64,000 nucleotides of DNA from Verrucomicrobiales bacterium (GTDB taxonomy: Bacteria > Verrucomicrobiota > Verrucomicrobiia > Verrucomicrobiales > V1-33): NCBI GenBank assembly GCA_031411295.1, contig JANOAV010000086.1, positions 32,001 to 96,000 of the forward strand, in the 5' to 3' direction. This document shows, piece after piece, positions 28,031 through 38,900 of this stretch. Made by a program: the position numbers and the translations under genes. Position 1 is the stretch's first letter, and the number at the start of each line of letters is the position of its first letter. The notes beneath the pieces were generated by a model that was not told the DNA's origin, searched no databases, and saw nothing but the letters and a program-made list of their open reading frames with translations.

Positions 28031-31000
28031 CTACTTTCCCGCTTCGGCCTTGGTGGTTAGTTCTTTGGCCTGGTTGGCGGAGACGAGGTTGACCTCTTCA
28101 ATGGCCTGGGTGGCTTCCGCGATCTGGGTTTGGAAATCGGCGTAGTCTGCGGCGGCAAAGGTGCCGGTCTTGCGGGTTAGGCTGAGCATGAGTTCGGAGC
28201 GACCTTCACTGTAAATTTGCCTGGCGTCCCAGCGCACGAACCTTTTCTCTTGTTCGGGCAGTTCCACCGGAACGAGTGCGAGGCCAACGAGGCCGAAGAG
28301 TTTGGTGTGGAGTTTGAGATTTACCGGAGTGGCAAATTCGAATGGACTGCGACGGGATTCGCCAAAGGTATCGGAATCAAGGAAGCGCAAAGCGGTGTGA
28401 TTAGGAATGCGCACGCTCAACGTTTGTCCAATCTGGGAGCAGGCGTTGAGGACGCGGTATTCCAGATGAATGGTGAGTGGCTGAGTGAGATCCAATTGGT
28501 TTTCAACTTTGGCGAGGGAGACTTGGCCGCGCTCGCGATTCATCCCTAAAAGGCGCTGGATGGCCGTGGTGGCATCGCGTCGCTCGGTATTTTTGGCCAG
28601 CAGATAGCGCATCTCACAAGCCGTGAGGCCCGTCAGTTGGATGGATTCTTTGATATCCAAATGGCGGGCATCGAGGACTTGGGCGGTGCGTTCGACGGTG
28701 ATGGATTCGCTGCCGGCGGGGATGGATTTTATTTTCACGAGCTTGGAAGCATCGATACTAAACTCTGAGGAAGCCTCGCCTAACACGAGGACATATTTAT
28801 CTGCCAAGAGCAGCGGGGGGACGCCGGCCTCGGGTGCCATAAATTTGTTGGTGCAATCAATGAAATCGAATTCTCCTTTGGTGACGGAGGGCACCGCGGT
28901 AATCATGTGATTGAAGGCTCCCAGGGAGGGGAGATCTGGTTGCACTGCGGTGGAGGCATTGGCGAGCACAAGTTTGGCAGGGATGCCGACGGCCTTGAGC
29001 ATTTGATAGAGCAGCACGCTGTGGTCCTTACAGTCTCCGTAGCGATTCTTCACGCTTTCGAGAGCCGTGTTAGGAATGAGGCCGCGCATGCCGAACTCAA
29101 TGGCGGCATAGCTGAGCGAGTCTCTCACGTATTGGGAGAGGATGGAAATTTTTTCGGCGTCGGTCTTACAGTTTTTAGTTTTGTCCTTAGCCAGCTTGGT
29201 GATGCCTTCATCGGGACGAATTTTATGCTGGATCAGGCTCAGATACTCAAGCCCCAGGCGCGCCCAACTCTCGGAACCATCGCCTGTCCAGAGCACGGGG
29301 ACGAATTTCTCCAGGGACGGTTGGTGCATTTCATCGGAGATCCCGGGGAGGGAGCGTTCCACCCAGATGTAACCAGTGGGAACCTTGAGGGGCTTGGAGT
29401 TTTTGCTGTGGCGATACTCCACTTTGGCTACGGGGCTATGGATGTAAAGGATGTCCAGCGCGCAGGGCATTTCGGTGGCGAAGTGGAAACTGCTCGTAAG
29501 TGGCCCGTCCATGACCCCGAGGCTTTGTTCCGTAACGGTGTATTCGAGCACGCAACCCGGAGTGAGGCCGGGCACGGGGACGTTGAGGAGTTTCATCCCG
29601 GTGAGCATGCCATCCGCATTGTCCTCGGTCACGAAGGCTTCCTTCATGTTAGCTGGGGCCACGGTCTTGCCATCCGGCGTGCGCACATGGAGTTCGTTGA
29701 CTTGAATGCGTTCGCCTCGCGGATGGAAGGGCAATTTCAGGATGTTAAACTCTTCCATCCCGGTGCTGTTCTGAATGCGAATGGAGTAGCGGTTAGTGGA
29801 AGTGAAGGCGCTGCCCGGGTCGTAGGTGACCGAGCGGATGCGGTAGAGGAACTGGTAAGGATCGTCGGTTTTCGGGGTGTTGGCGTAGGGCTCGGTGCGC
29901 AAAAGTTTTTGGATGTCAGGTGGCAGCGGAATCGGTGGGGCCTGCGGGCCGTCTTCCCGCAGGACCGGGCCTCCGGCATCATCGGTTATAGCATAAGCCA
30001 GGTCGTCCAGATCCCGCAGGTTGGGATTGTATTGGCGGGCTTTGGCCAGGGTTTCGGTGGCTTTCTTCTCATCCCCCAAGCTGCGTTCGCAAGTGGCCCG
30101 CAGCAGCCAGGCCATGCCCGCCTGGGGGTCCAACTTCAACACGCCCATGGCCGCGTCCAAGCCAATCTGGTGGGCTTTATGAACTTTGAGGAAAAGCAGA
30201 ATGTCCCGTGCGAGTTCCCGGTTTTTACGAACGCCAGCGATCAAGCCTTCCATGATTTCCACGGCGCGACGCTTGGTTTCCGGCGTATTGTAGAGAATGT
30301 AGGACTCCCACAGGCGCCAGGCGTTGTCCGGCGCGCGCTGGCTGAGCACGTCGAGGACGCGCAGGGCTTCATCTTTGGCGTGGGCTTCGCGGAGGATGTC
30401 GAGGTAGCTTTCGATGGACTCGAAGGTGAGCGCATGTTCGTCGTTGCAGGAGCTTTGCAGGGCGGTGGTGACTAACGTGGTGGCGATTTCAACTTTGTTG
30501 TGTCGGGCCATGAATTTGGCGGCTTGGAGCAGGGAGTTGGCCTCCCGCGGCAGGGCGCGCCATTCCTTTTCCAGCAAGGCGGTGGCTTTGTCAGCTTGAC
30601 TGAGTTTGGACATGACCTCGCAGAGGGACAACAGCATGGAAAAGCTGGCGCGAGTCTGGTAGGCCCGGTCATAGAGATCCATCGCGGCGGCCAGTCGATT
30701 GGCCTGCTCATGCTCCCGACCCAGATTGCTGAGGACATGCTCCCAAACTTCCGTGCAGGCGCCCGGGGTATGCTGGGTGGTCAGCTTGGAGAGATCATAA
30801 GCGGGCGCGCTCCATTGCACACGATCCAACATGGCGGTGAGCTGGGCTTGGGAGTGCTTTTCAGAAAAGGAACAAGCACCCAGCGCATAAACCATCTCCC
30901 CGCGTCGCACCAAGCGGAAGACGAAGAGGGCTGGGTTGAGTTCGCGTGAGATCTGTCCGGCATACTCTACTCCGTCGAGTTCGTGTGCCTTGAACGGACG

Positions 31001-32722
31001 TTCCTGTTGGCGGTCCACTGCCGTGTCCGGGAACCAAGCGCCAAGCACGAGCGAGGCTAAATGAGCCGGATCGACCGTCAGATCTTTTGGTAAATGGAAC
31101 ACCGAGAGACCGCAGAGGTCTCCCTCCGCCGTTTGATAGCCCACCGAGGGCGACCCCAGTTGCCCGGAAGCAATGGGACGGCGTTTCAGGGCATCCTGCG
31201 AAGCCACGTAGGAGCGGTTCTGATGCATGGTGGTGAAGGAGGAAAACAGGGTGGGTGCATCCGGGATGATGCTCCAAGCCGGTCCCGGGCTGGGGAGATC
31301 GATTCCAGTCTCTGGTGCGATGGAGCGGGGATCGCTGAGTGTGAAATTGTTCAAAGTGGAGAACCGAAGGTCTTTTATCAGCGGCTTGACGCTGCGCAGA
31401 ATTTGCTCTGACATGGCGGGGAGCCGCTCGTAGGCTTTGCTGCCCTGTCCGGTAAAACGAAAATTGTAGGCGGTGCCATTCTCGAGTAATTCGTATTCCA
31501 AGATCGTTACTGGTCGGGGGCGAAAATAATCTGAACTCTGTTCCTCTTCTTTGCGGAAGAATTGAAATTTCCGCCCGCCAATGTCCTTGGCCTCACTCAC
31601 TTGTCCCGTTTCGGAGGCTCCGTGCGCCAGACTCATCCGAAATAGTTGGCCGGCAAGGTTCTCCTTTAATTGGCTGTTGGCTCCCGCAGCGTCTGTCGTC
31701 AGGGTGCCGTGGACGGTAGTTGTCATGACGACCCGGCAATCAGGATCCTGCAAGTTGACCAACTGCCCGATCTGGTTATTGCCGCCAGGATGTAGGGGCA
31801 ACCATGAGTCTGGTGCTTCAAAAGCAATGTTCCAAGCGTCGCTCGTCACTTTCACAGCGGCTTGGGCGGCCATCGGGGCGGGTGGGAAAATTTTCGCAAT
31901 GATTTCTTTGGCTCCTGCGAGCGACACCTCCGGGGCTTTGCCCAACTGCCATAAAGCCAGCCAAGTGAGCATCAACCCAGCGGCCAACCCAGATAGTCTT
32001 AACGCGAGGCGGATCCACAGCTTCTGCGATGCTCCGGAGTTACGGTCTGGGATGACCAATCGCACCGCAGGCGGTTGGTAGGCTAGAAAGGCCGGTAACG
32101 GAGGATCGTCGGTGGCGGAATTCGCGTCCGCCGCCGCTGCCTCCGTGCTGGTTTGGTTGGGTGGCCCAAAGTTCGACGATCCTGCATCTGAACCGGAAAT
32201 GGGGGCAAAGGGCGTGGGCGGCAGTGACGGCGGGGCGCTTGGTGCCTCCCGATTCGGTGGGCCAAAATTTGACGATCCGGCATTCGCCCCGGAAGGAGGA
32301 GCAAATGGTGTGGGTGGCAGTGACAGCGGGGCGCTTGGCACGTCCGGGTTGGGTGGTCCGAGATTTGAAGCTATGGCATTTTTTGCTGATGCTTGGGGCG
32401 CAGCTAGGGGAGAAATGGGCCCGGGCAGGTTCGCACCAGTCAGAACAGGTCTTGGGAACGCGGGCACCGCGCTTGGCGCTATGGGTGGGGCCACCACCAC
32501 CGTGCGCTCCGATTCTGGTCTCGGGGTGAAGGGTTTGATCACAACCTCCGGCCTTCGCGCAACTTCAGCAGCCGCGGCGGGAGCCGTGACCGTTGCGCCA
32601 CAATTAGGGCAAGGGCCTGTCACCCCACCCATTTCCCGAGGAATTCGCAAGGTGGTCTGGCAGTTGGAACAGGCAAAACTGATTTCGAAAGGAGCATTCG
32701 AATCGTTCGGTTGGAGGGACAT
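28031..32722 (-). CDS. Zn-ribbon/Pro-rich/TM/TPR/DUF3857/transglutaminase-like protein
   Basis: CSNC..CPNC; TM; TPR helices; PGLTPGCVLEY (DUF3857); GDCKDH, FNHMI and FIDCT give a Cys-His-Asp triad. Confidence 0.85.
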   Translation of the reverse strand: MSLQPNDSNAPFEISFACSNCQTTLRIPREMGGVTGPCPNCGATVTAPAAAAEVARRPEVVIKPFTPRPESERTVVVAPPIAPSAVPAFPRPVLTGANLPGPISPLAAPQASAKNAIASNLGPPNPDVPSAPLSLPPTPFAPPSGANAGSSNFGPPNREAPSAPPSLPPTPFAPISGSDAGSSNFGPPNQTSTEAAAADANSATDDPPLPAFLAYQPPAVRLVIPDRNSGASQKLWIRLALRLSGLAAGLMLTWLALWQLGKAPEVSLAGAKEIIAKIFPPAPMAAQAAVKVTSDAWNIAFEAPDSWLPLHPGGNNQIGQLVNLQDPDCRVVMTTTVHGTLTTDAAGANSQLKENLAGQLFRMSLAHGASETGQVSEAKDIGGRKFQFFRKEEEQSSDYFRPRPVTILEYELLENGTAYNFRFTGQGSKAYERLPAMSEQILRSVKPLIKDLRFSTLNNFTLSDPRSIAPETGIDLPSPGPAWSIIPDAPTLFSSFTTMHQNRSYVASQDALKRRPIASGQLGSPSVGYQTAEGDLCGLSVFHLPKDLTVDPAHLASLVLGAWFPDTAVDRQQERPFKAHELDGVEYAGQISRELNPALFVFRLVRRGEMVYALGACSFSEKHSQAQLTAMLDRVQWSAPAYDLSKLTTQHTPGACTEVWEHVLSNLGREHEQANRLAAAMDLYDRAYQTRASFSMLLSLCEVMSKLSQADKATALLEKEWRALPREANSLLQAAKFMARHNKVEIATTLVTTALQSSCNDEHALTFESIESYLDILREAHAKDEALRVLDVLSQRAPDNAWRLWESYILYNTPETKRRAVEIMEGLIAGVRKNRELARDILLFLKVHKAHQIGLDAAMGVLKLDPQAGMAWLLRATCERSLGDEKKATETLAKARQYNPNLRDLDDLAYAITDDAGGPVLREDGPQAPPIPLPPDIQKLLRTEPYANTPKTDDPYQFLYRIRSVTYDPGSAFTSTNRYSIRIQNSTGMEEFNILKLPFHPRGERIQVNELHVRTPDGKTVAPANMKEAFVTEDNADGMLTGMKLLNVPVPGLTPGCVLEYTVTEQSLGVMDGPLTSSFHFATEMPCALDILYIHSPVAKVEYRHSKNSKPLKVPTGYIWVERSLPGISDEMHQPSLEKFVPVLWTGDGSESWARLGLEYLSLIQHKIRPDEGITKLAKDKTKNCKTDAEKISILSQYVRDSLSYAAIEFGMRGLIPNTALESVKNRYGDCKDHSVLLYQMLKAVGIPAKLVLANASTAVQPDLPSLGAFNHMITAVPSVTKGEFDFIDCTNKFMAPEAGVPPLLLADKYVLVLGEASSEFSIDASKLVKIKSIPAGSESITVERTAQVLDARHLDIKESIQLTGLTACEMRYLLAKNTERRDATTAIQRLLGMNRERGQVSLAKVENQLDLTQPLTIHLEYRVLNACSQIGQTLSVRIPNHTALRFLDSDTFGESRRSPFEFATPVNLKLHTKLFGLVGLALVPVELPEQEKRFVRWDARQIYSEGRSELMLSLTRKTGTFAAADYADFQTQIAEATQAIEEVNLVSANQAKELTTKAEAGK
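32160..32365. repeat. intragenic 96-bp (32-aa) Pro-rich tandem repeat, about 2.2 copies
   Basis: GGTGG.CC.A.(A/G)TT recurs at 32160, 32256 and 32352; peptide NFGPPN..PSAP.SLPPTPFAP.SG..AGSS. Confidence 0.85.
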
Positions 32723-32974
32723 AGTTGGAGAGTTGAAAGATCGGCTTTTCTCTAATCTACCTTGATAAATTCGTAAATTCAATAATTTTCATAAATAATA
32801 TTAAAATGAGCAGAAAATCTCAATCCAACGGGCGAGAAACTGCTTTCCTGCGAATTACCGATGGACGTATTTTTTTGCTGCGGTTCGCGCACAAAATCGG
32901 TAGTTTGACCGGGAATTAAATCCTCGGTCCAGAATCTTGCTGAGACCTTATCCCCAAATCCCCCTCACTTGCTC

Positions 32975-35900
32975 ATGAAATTTCCCCATTTCGTAACGTG
33001 TCTGCGCCCCATCATTTTAAGTGCTCTAGCATTCTGGTGCGGCCAAGCTCATGCCGGCAACTCCATTTATAACAGTGCCGTGCTGGCGGATGGTCCACTG
33101 ACGTTCTGGTCGTTCGATGAAACGACGGGCACGGTGGCGAATGACTCGGCCACGGCTGCCGGGGCTCCACAGCAGGGGGCGCAGAATGGGAGCTATGAGA
33201 ATTGCACGCTGGGCGCTCCTTCTGGCGCGGTGAATTTGGGAACGTGCATTACTTTAAACGGGACGAGTGCCCGGGCGAGGTTTCCTTACGTCTCGTTCTT
33301 TGATCTGGCAGCGGGGGATTTCTCCGTGGAGCTGTGGTATAAAACGACGAGCACCGCCCGCGGGGACATTTTTAATTTCAAGAACACGAACGACTTCGGC
33401 ATCTTTGCCAATCAGGCGGGCAATGGCACCATCGGTGGCTGGCACAATGGGTTCCTGCCCGGCATCGCGACGGTGCCGATTAATAATTGGTATCATGTGG
33501 TCTATGTTAGAACTGGTGGAAACATCACCCTGTATGTCAATGGCGTGGCTTCTGGATCGCAGGCCAACGCGCAGAGCATGTCTTCGGGTGCTGAAATCAC
33601 GGTGGGCGATAACAAGGGTGGGTCCTGGTTCGCTGGCTCCGTGGATGAAGTGGCGTATTATCCCTCCGCCTTGAGTGCTGCCCGCGTGGCGGCTCACTAC
33701 GCGGCCGCATCGCAAACGAGTGCCAATGCTCCGGTCGTGTTGACAGGATCGGCCACCAGCATTGTCGGGACCTCGGCTACGTTAAACGGAAGTTTCAGTG
33801 CGGTCGGCAGTCCAAATCCTAACGTGACCATTTATTGGGGGCCAACCAATGGCGGCACGGTCCCTGCGAATTGGGCGAACACCGTCAATCTGGGAGCGCA
33901 GTCGGGGGCATTTGCTACGACCATTACCGGGCTGGCTCCGGCTACGACGTATTATTTCATCGCTTACGCCAGCAATGCCAGCGGCACCAGTTATGGCGCG
34001 CCAGGATCCAGTTTCGTCTCTGCCAATGGCCCGCCTGCGGTAAGCAACGTAGCCGCCACGAACATTCTGGCCAGCAGTGCCACGATCGGTGCGCAGGTGA
34101 CAAACACCGGCGGGGTAACTCCTGTAGTGACAGTTTATTACGGCACCACGGATGGGGGCACTACGGTGGGAAATTGGGCCAACTCTGTGAGCTTGGGCAC
34201 CTTGAATGGCACTGGCACTGCGAACATCTCTAACTTGACGATGAACAGCACGTATTACTTCCGCGCCTTGGCGACGAATACGGCGGGAAGCACCTGGGCG
34301 GCCAGTTCAGGAACGTTCGCGACGCCTGTAGCCTCCCTGCCGAGCGTTGCTAACAGCGCGGCAACCGACATCACAGGCTATTCCGCCTCCTTGCGGGGAA
34401 CGGTGACAGCCACCGGAAACGATCCTCCAGTGGTGAAAATTTACTACGGCACCACCGATGGCGGATCCACGGTGGGAAGCTGGACTAGCAATGTGACCCT
34501 GCCTGCACAACCAGCGAATTTCGCCAAGGCCGTGGGCGGGTTGGCGGCCAATACCACTTACTTTTATCGCGCCTGGGCGCAGAATTCCGCAGGCTCCGTC
34601 TGGGCCTCCAGCAGCAGTTCATTTGCGACCACAGGTTTTACTCCACGGTCGCTGGTAATTAATGAAATTCACTATCACCCAGTGGAGGAAGATGCCTTTA
34701 ATCCTGACGGAACGCCCACTCTGGATCTCACGAACGACGTGCATGAGTTCGTGGAAATCTACAACAACACCGGCAGTCCCATTGTGCTGGACGGCTTTAA
34801 ACTGGCTGGGGGCATTGGCTTCACATTTCCTGTCGGGACCACCATCACAGCGGGCGGGTATCGGGTCATCGCGAAGAATCCCGCGCGATTGATGACGGTT
34901 TACAGCGGGCTCACGAACGTGCTAGGTCCTTACACCGGAACGCTGGGAAACAATGGTGATACCGTGCGCATCGAAAATGGCTCGGGAAATCTGGTCGATG
35001 AAGTGACCTACGAAGCGGCCTTTCCGTGGGCCAACGGAGCCGATGCCATGGGCGCGGCGGAAGATTTCACTTTAGTGAGCCCGACTCCCTATCAGTATAA
35101 AGGTCGCTCCCTGCAACGTGTTAGTGTTACTGCGGAATCCAGTGATCCGGCCAACTGGCTGGCCTCGCCACTGGGATCGGCCCCGACTCCGGGAGCCGTC
35201 AATGCAGTGAGTTTGGCGGTGCCAGCGCCTGTGGGCGTGAGTTTCTCCGCTGTGCAATCAGCAGATGATGCCGCCCTGATTCGCGCTGCGGCCACGGTGC
35301 GGGTGACGTTTACCCTAACCAGCACGGCGGGCTTGTTCAATCCGCAGGTGGAGTATTTCGTGGATAACATTAACTCCTTTGCCGAGGTTCATAGTTTCGT
35401 ATCGCTCACTGGGATTGGAAACAATCAATTCACCGCTGTCCTGCCCGGGCAGGTGGATCGCAGCATTGTAAGGTATCGTTTCCTGGGGAATCTGGGCGCT
35501 GGTATGGTGCAGTTAGTGCCGCGCATGGATGATGCCAAGATTGTGCCGGTCAGCTTTACAGGACGTGAGGCTTGGTGTTCGTATTTCGTCACACCAGTGC
35601 GGACTTCGACCAACTCGATCTATGATTTATTTGTTTCCAATGATGGCACTGCCACCAATCCCGGAGCCCCGTTCAATGGCCTGAATGGCCTGCAAACCAT
35701 GGGTTACAACTCGCTGGGTAATCCCAAGCGCGCCACCACTGCGGACACCAACGGTGTGCCGCGTGATGTGCCGTATGTCCCCGCAACCGCGCAACTTTGG
35801 AATGGCTCCGTGCCTGCAATCTTCGTGGAGAATGGCCGGGTGCGCGATGCCCATTTCCGGCTCCACGGCAGTCGGTATAATCGCAGCCCGACCCGCCAAA

Positions 35901-38900
35901 CGTATAAACTTCGTTTCTCCGATACCGAGCGCTATCAGGATGCGGACAGTGAGTTCATCACGGACAAGAGCGACTACTTCAGCGTGATGCACGGCCTTTA
36001 TCAAAATGCTAATTTGCCAATCTCCGCCGTTCGTTGGATCGACTGGTATATGAATGGCGATGCCAAAGTGGTGAAGCTGGAGCAGGGCGAATACAATGGT
36101 GACTTGCTGGATAAATTCCACACCGCACAGGCTGCGCTGAACCCCGGCACACCGAAGGAAGCGAGTGGCGAATTTTATAAAGATGTCGGCATCATCTCCT
36201 CGTTTGGTGAAGAAGGACCCTACTCCACCGGAGACGGTCGGCCTTTGGTGGGAAGCGGGCTTTGGAGCACGGTCCAGAAGTATCAATGGACCTATCTCAT
36301 GCAGTCCAACTCCTGGAAAGGGGCCACCCAAATGAAGAACTTCTTCGAAAACATGTGGGCTGCTCGGGCCGATACCGTGGCAGCTCCTAATCCCAACGTG
36401 CCCGCCCTGCGCGCTTATCTGGACAGCGTCATGGATGTGGACACGGAACTCACTTCCATGGCCATTCTGAATTGGGCATGTCCGTGGGATGATACTTCGC
36501 AGAACCATTTCTTCTGGCAACGTGCCAATGGTAAGTGGGCGCATTTTCCATGGGACTTCGATGGCTTCTTTGGCAATGGCGATACCACGGGCGCTAACTC
36601 CTGGATCTATCTGGGTGAAAACGGCACACCATCACCTGCCACCAATACTTATGGAACGGTGTTAGGGAATAACTTCCGTGGCCCCAACTACTTCAAGGAC
36701 AGTTTCCTCAAGGCCTACCGCACGGAATACAACGCACGGCTCTGGGTATTAAATAACACCTATCTGCATCCCGACACCTTGAAGACTATTTTCTTCACCA
36801 CGGGCACCGGAGCACCGCAGAGCTACTACAGCTACATCAATGCCGTGAAGGCCGGCTTCTGTGAAGGCCGTTTCAACAGCGTTAACGTTCAGTTAGGCAA
36901 GGCGGCGGACGGTAGTGATTTCCTGCGCCCAGCCAAGCCCACCAACGCCGCGCCATTGGCTGGGTCCACCGCGTTGCCGGCTTCCAATATGACCGCCAGT
37001 GCTTACACGCACAGCAGTGGGAACACGACTGGCGGCAATGCTCATACCAAATCGAAGTGGGAACTGCGGCACTCGGCAGGCACGTATCTGGCGCCCATCA
37101 TGGTCACCACAAGCACGACGAATCTAACCTCCATGCCGATTCCGTTCGCAGATCTCACCTTCGGTCAGACGTATTTCTGGCGCGTCACTTACATTGATGC
37201 CTCGGATCATCCATCCCTAACATCGGCGGAAACATCGTTTATCTACGGGCCGCAAGCCAGTTCCCAGACCATCATCAACTTCGGAGATGCTTGGAAATAT
37301 AACAACAGCACGGCCTTCACAGACAACTCCTGGGCGCAGCCTGCCTTCAACGACAGCGCCTGGACGAACGGAAACGGAGTCTTCCTGCAATCAGGCGAAC
37401 CCATTCTGGCCCCAGGCGCAGCCGGCACAGTGGTGCCGGCGCCAGGAACCCTAACCCCAGCAGGTCGCGCCTATTTGTTCCGCAAACATTTTAACTTCCC
37501 CGCCAATCCTCTAACCGCCACCATCCGCATCCGCCACTACGTGGACGATGGCTGTGTCATCTGGATCAACGGTCAGAAGGTGCACCGCTACTTCATGAAT
37601 GAGCAGGCAAATTACACTACCGCAGAGTTCGATGCCGCTGCCGCAGGTCCGGGCGAAGCTGCCTATCAATATGCCGACGCGGTCACGAACACGACCAACT
37701 TTGCTTACATCGACCCGCGTCCTTTCATGGTGCAGGGGGACAACGTCATCGCTGTCGAAGTGCATCAGGTCAATGCCACCAGTTCCGACATCGTGATGGG
37801 ACTGGAAATGACCGCCGTGCTGCCTGCGTTGGCGGGTGATGTGGTCATCAACGAGATCCTGGCCAATGGTGGAGGCGCGGCGGATTACATCGAACTCAAG
37901 AACAATACCAATGCCGTTGTCAGCCTGACAAACCATGGACTAACAGACGATATCCTGAATCCCACGCGCTACGTTTTCCCTGCTGGGACCACGATTCCGG
38001 CCAATGGCTACCTCCGGATTTACTGTGATAACGATTTACTAACTCCAGGTTTGCACACTGGATTCGGTTTGTCGTCAGGAGGGCAGGCCGTAGTGCTCAC
38101 CAATGCAGGCACCCTGCGCGACCGCGTTCCATTTGGTCCGCAGGCGCGCGGCCTTTCGATTGGTCGGGTGCCGGACGGCACGGGCGGATTTGTGCTGACA
38201 ACGCCAAGCCCGTTGGCGACAAATATAGCGGTGGCTACGCTGGGTTCCACTGCCAACTTGCGCGTGAATGAATGGATGGCCAGTCCCGCTCATGGCGATG
38301 ATTGGTTCGAAATTTATAACACCGATGCGAATCCCGTCGCTCTGGCTGGATTGTATCTCAGTGATACGCCATCCACGCCCCTGCTAACACAGATTCCAGC
38401 GCTCTCGTTCATTGCTGGAAAAGGCTACGCAGACTTCGTGGCTGACGGCAGCACGACTGGATTTAATCGGTGTAATTTCAAATTGTCCGGCAGTGGCGAG
38501 CGCATCTTAATTACCAGCACATCGGGCGCGGCCACGTTGGACAGCGTGATCTTTGGCACGCAGCAAACCAACGTTTCCCAAGGTCGCTTGCCCGATGGCG
38601 GTGGCACCATCCTCGCCTTCCCCTTTAGCAGTTCGCGCGAGGGCAGTAATTGGTTGGAAAGCCAGGTGGTAGTTAATGAACTGCAGAACTCCTCGGGGAT
38701 TGCGGACGACTTCATTGAGTTGAAAAACCTCAGTGCTGCCGCCATCAATATCAGTGGATGGTGGCTGTCAGACGATGGAGATGTGCGGCAGAAATATCAA
38801 TTCCCGTCCGGCACGATCATCCCGGCCGGTGGACTGCTTTCGATTTTCCAAACCCAGTTTGGCGCAGGAACGATCCCATTTGCCTTCAGTGCCAGTGGTG

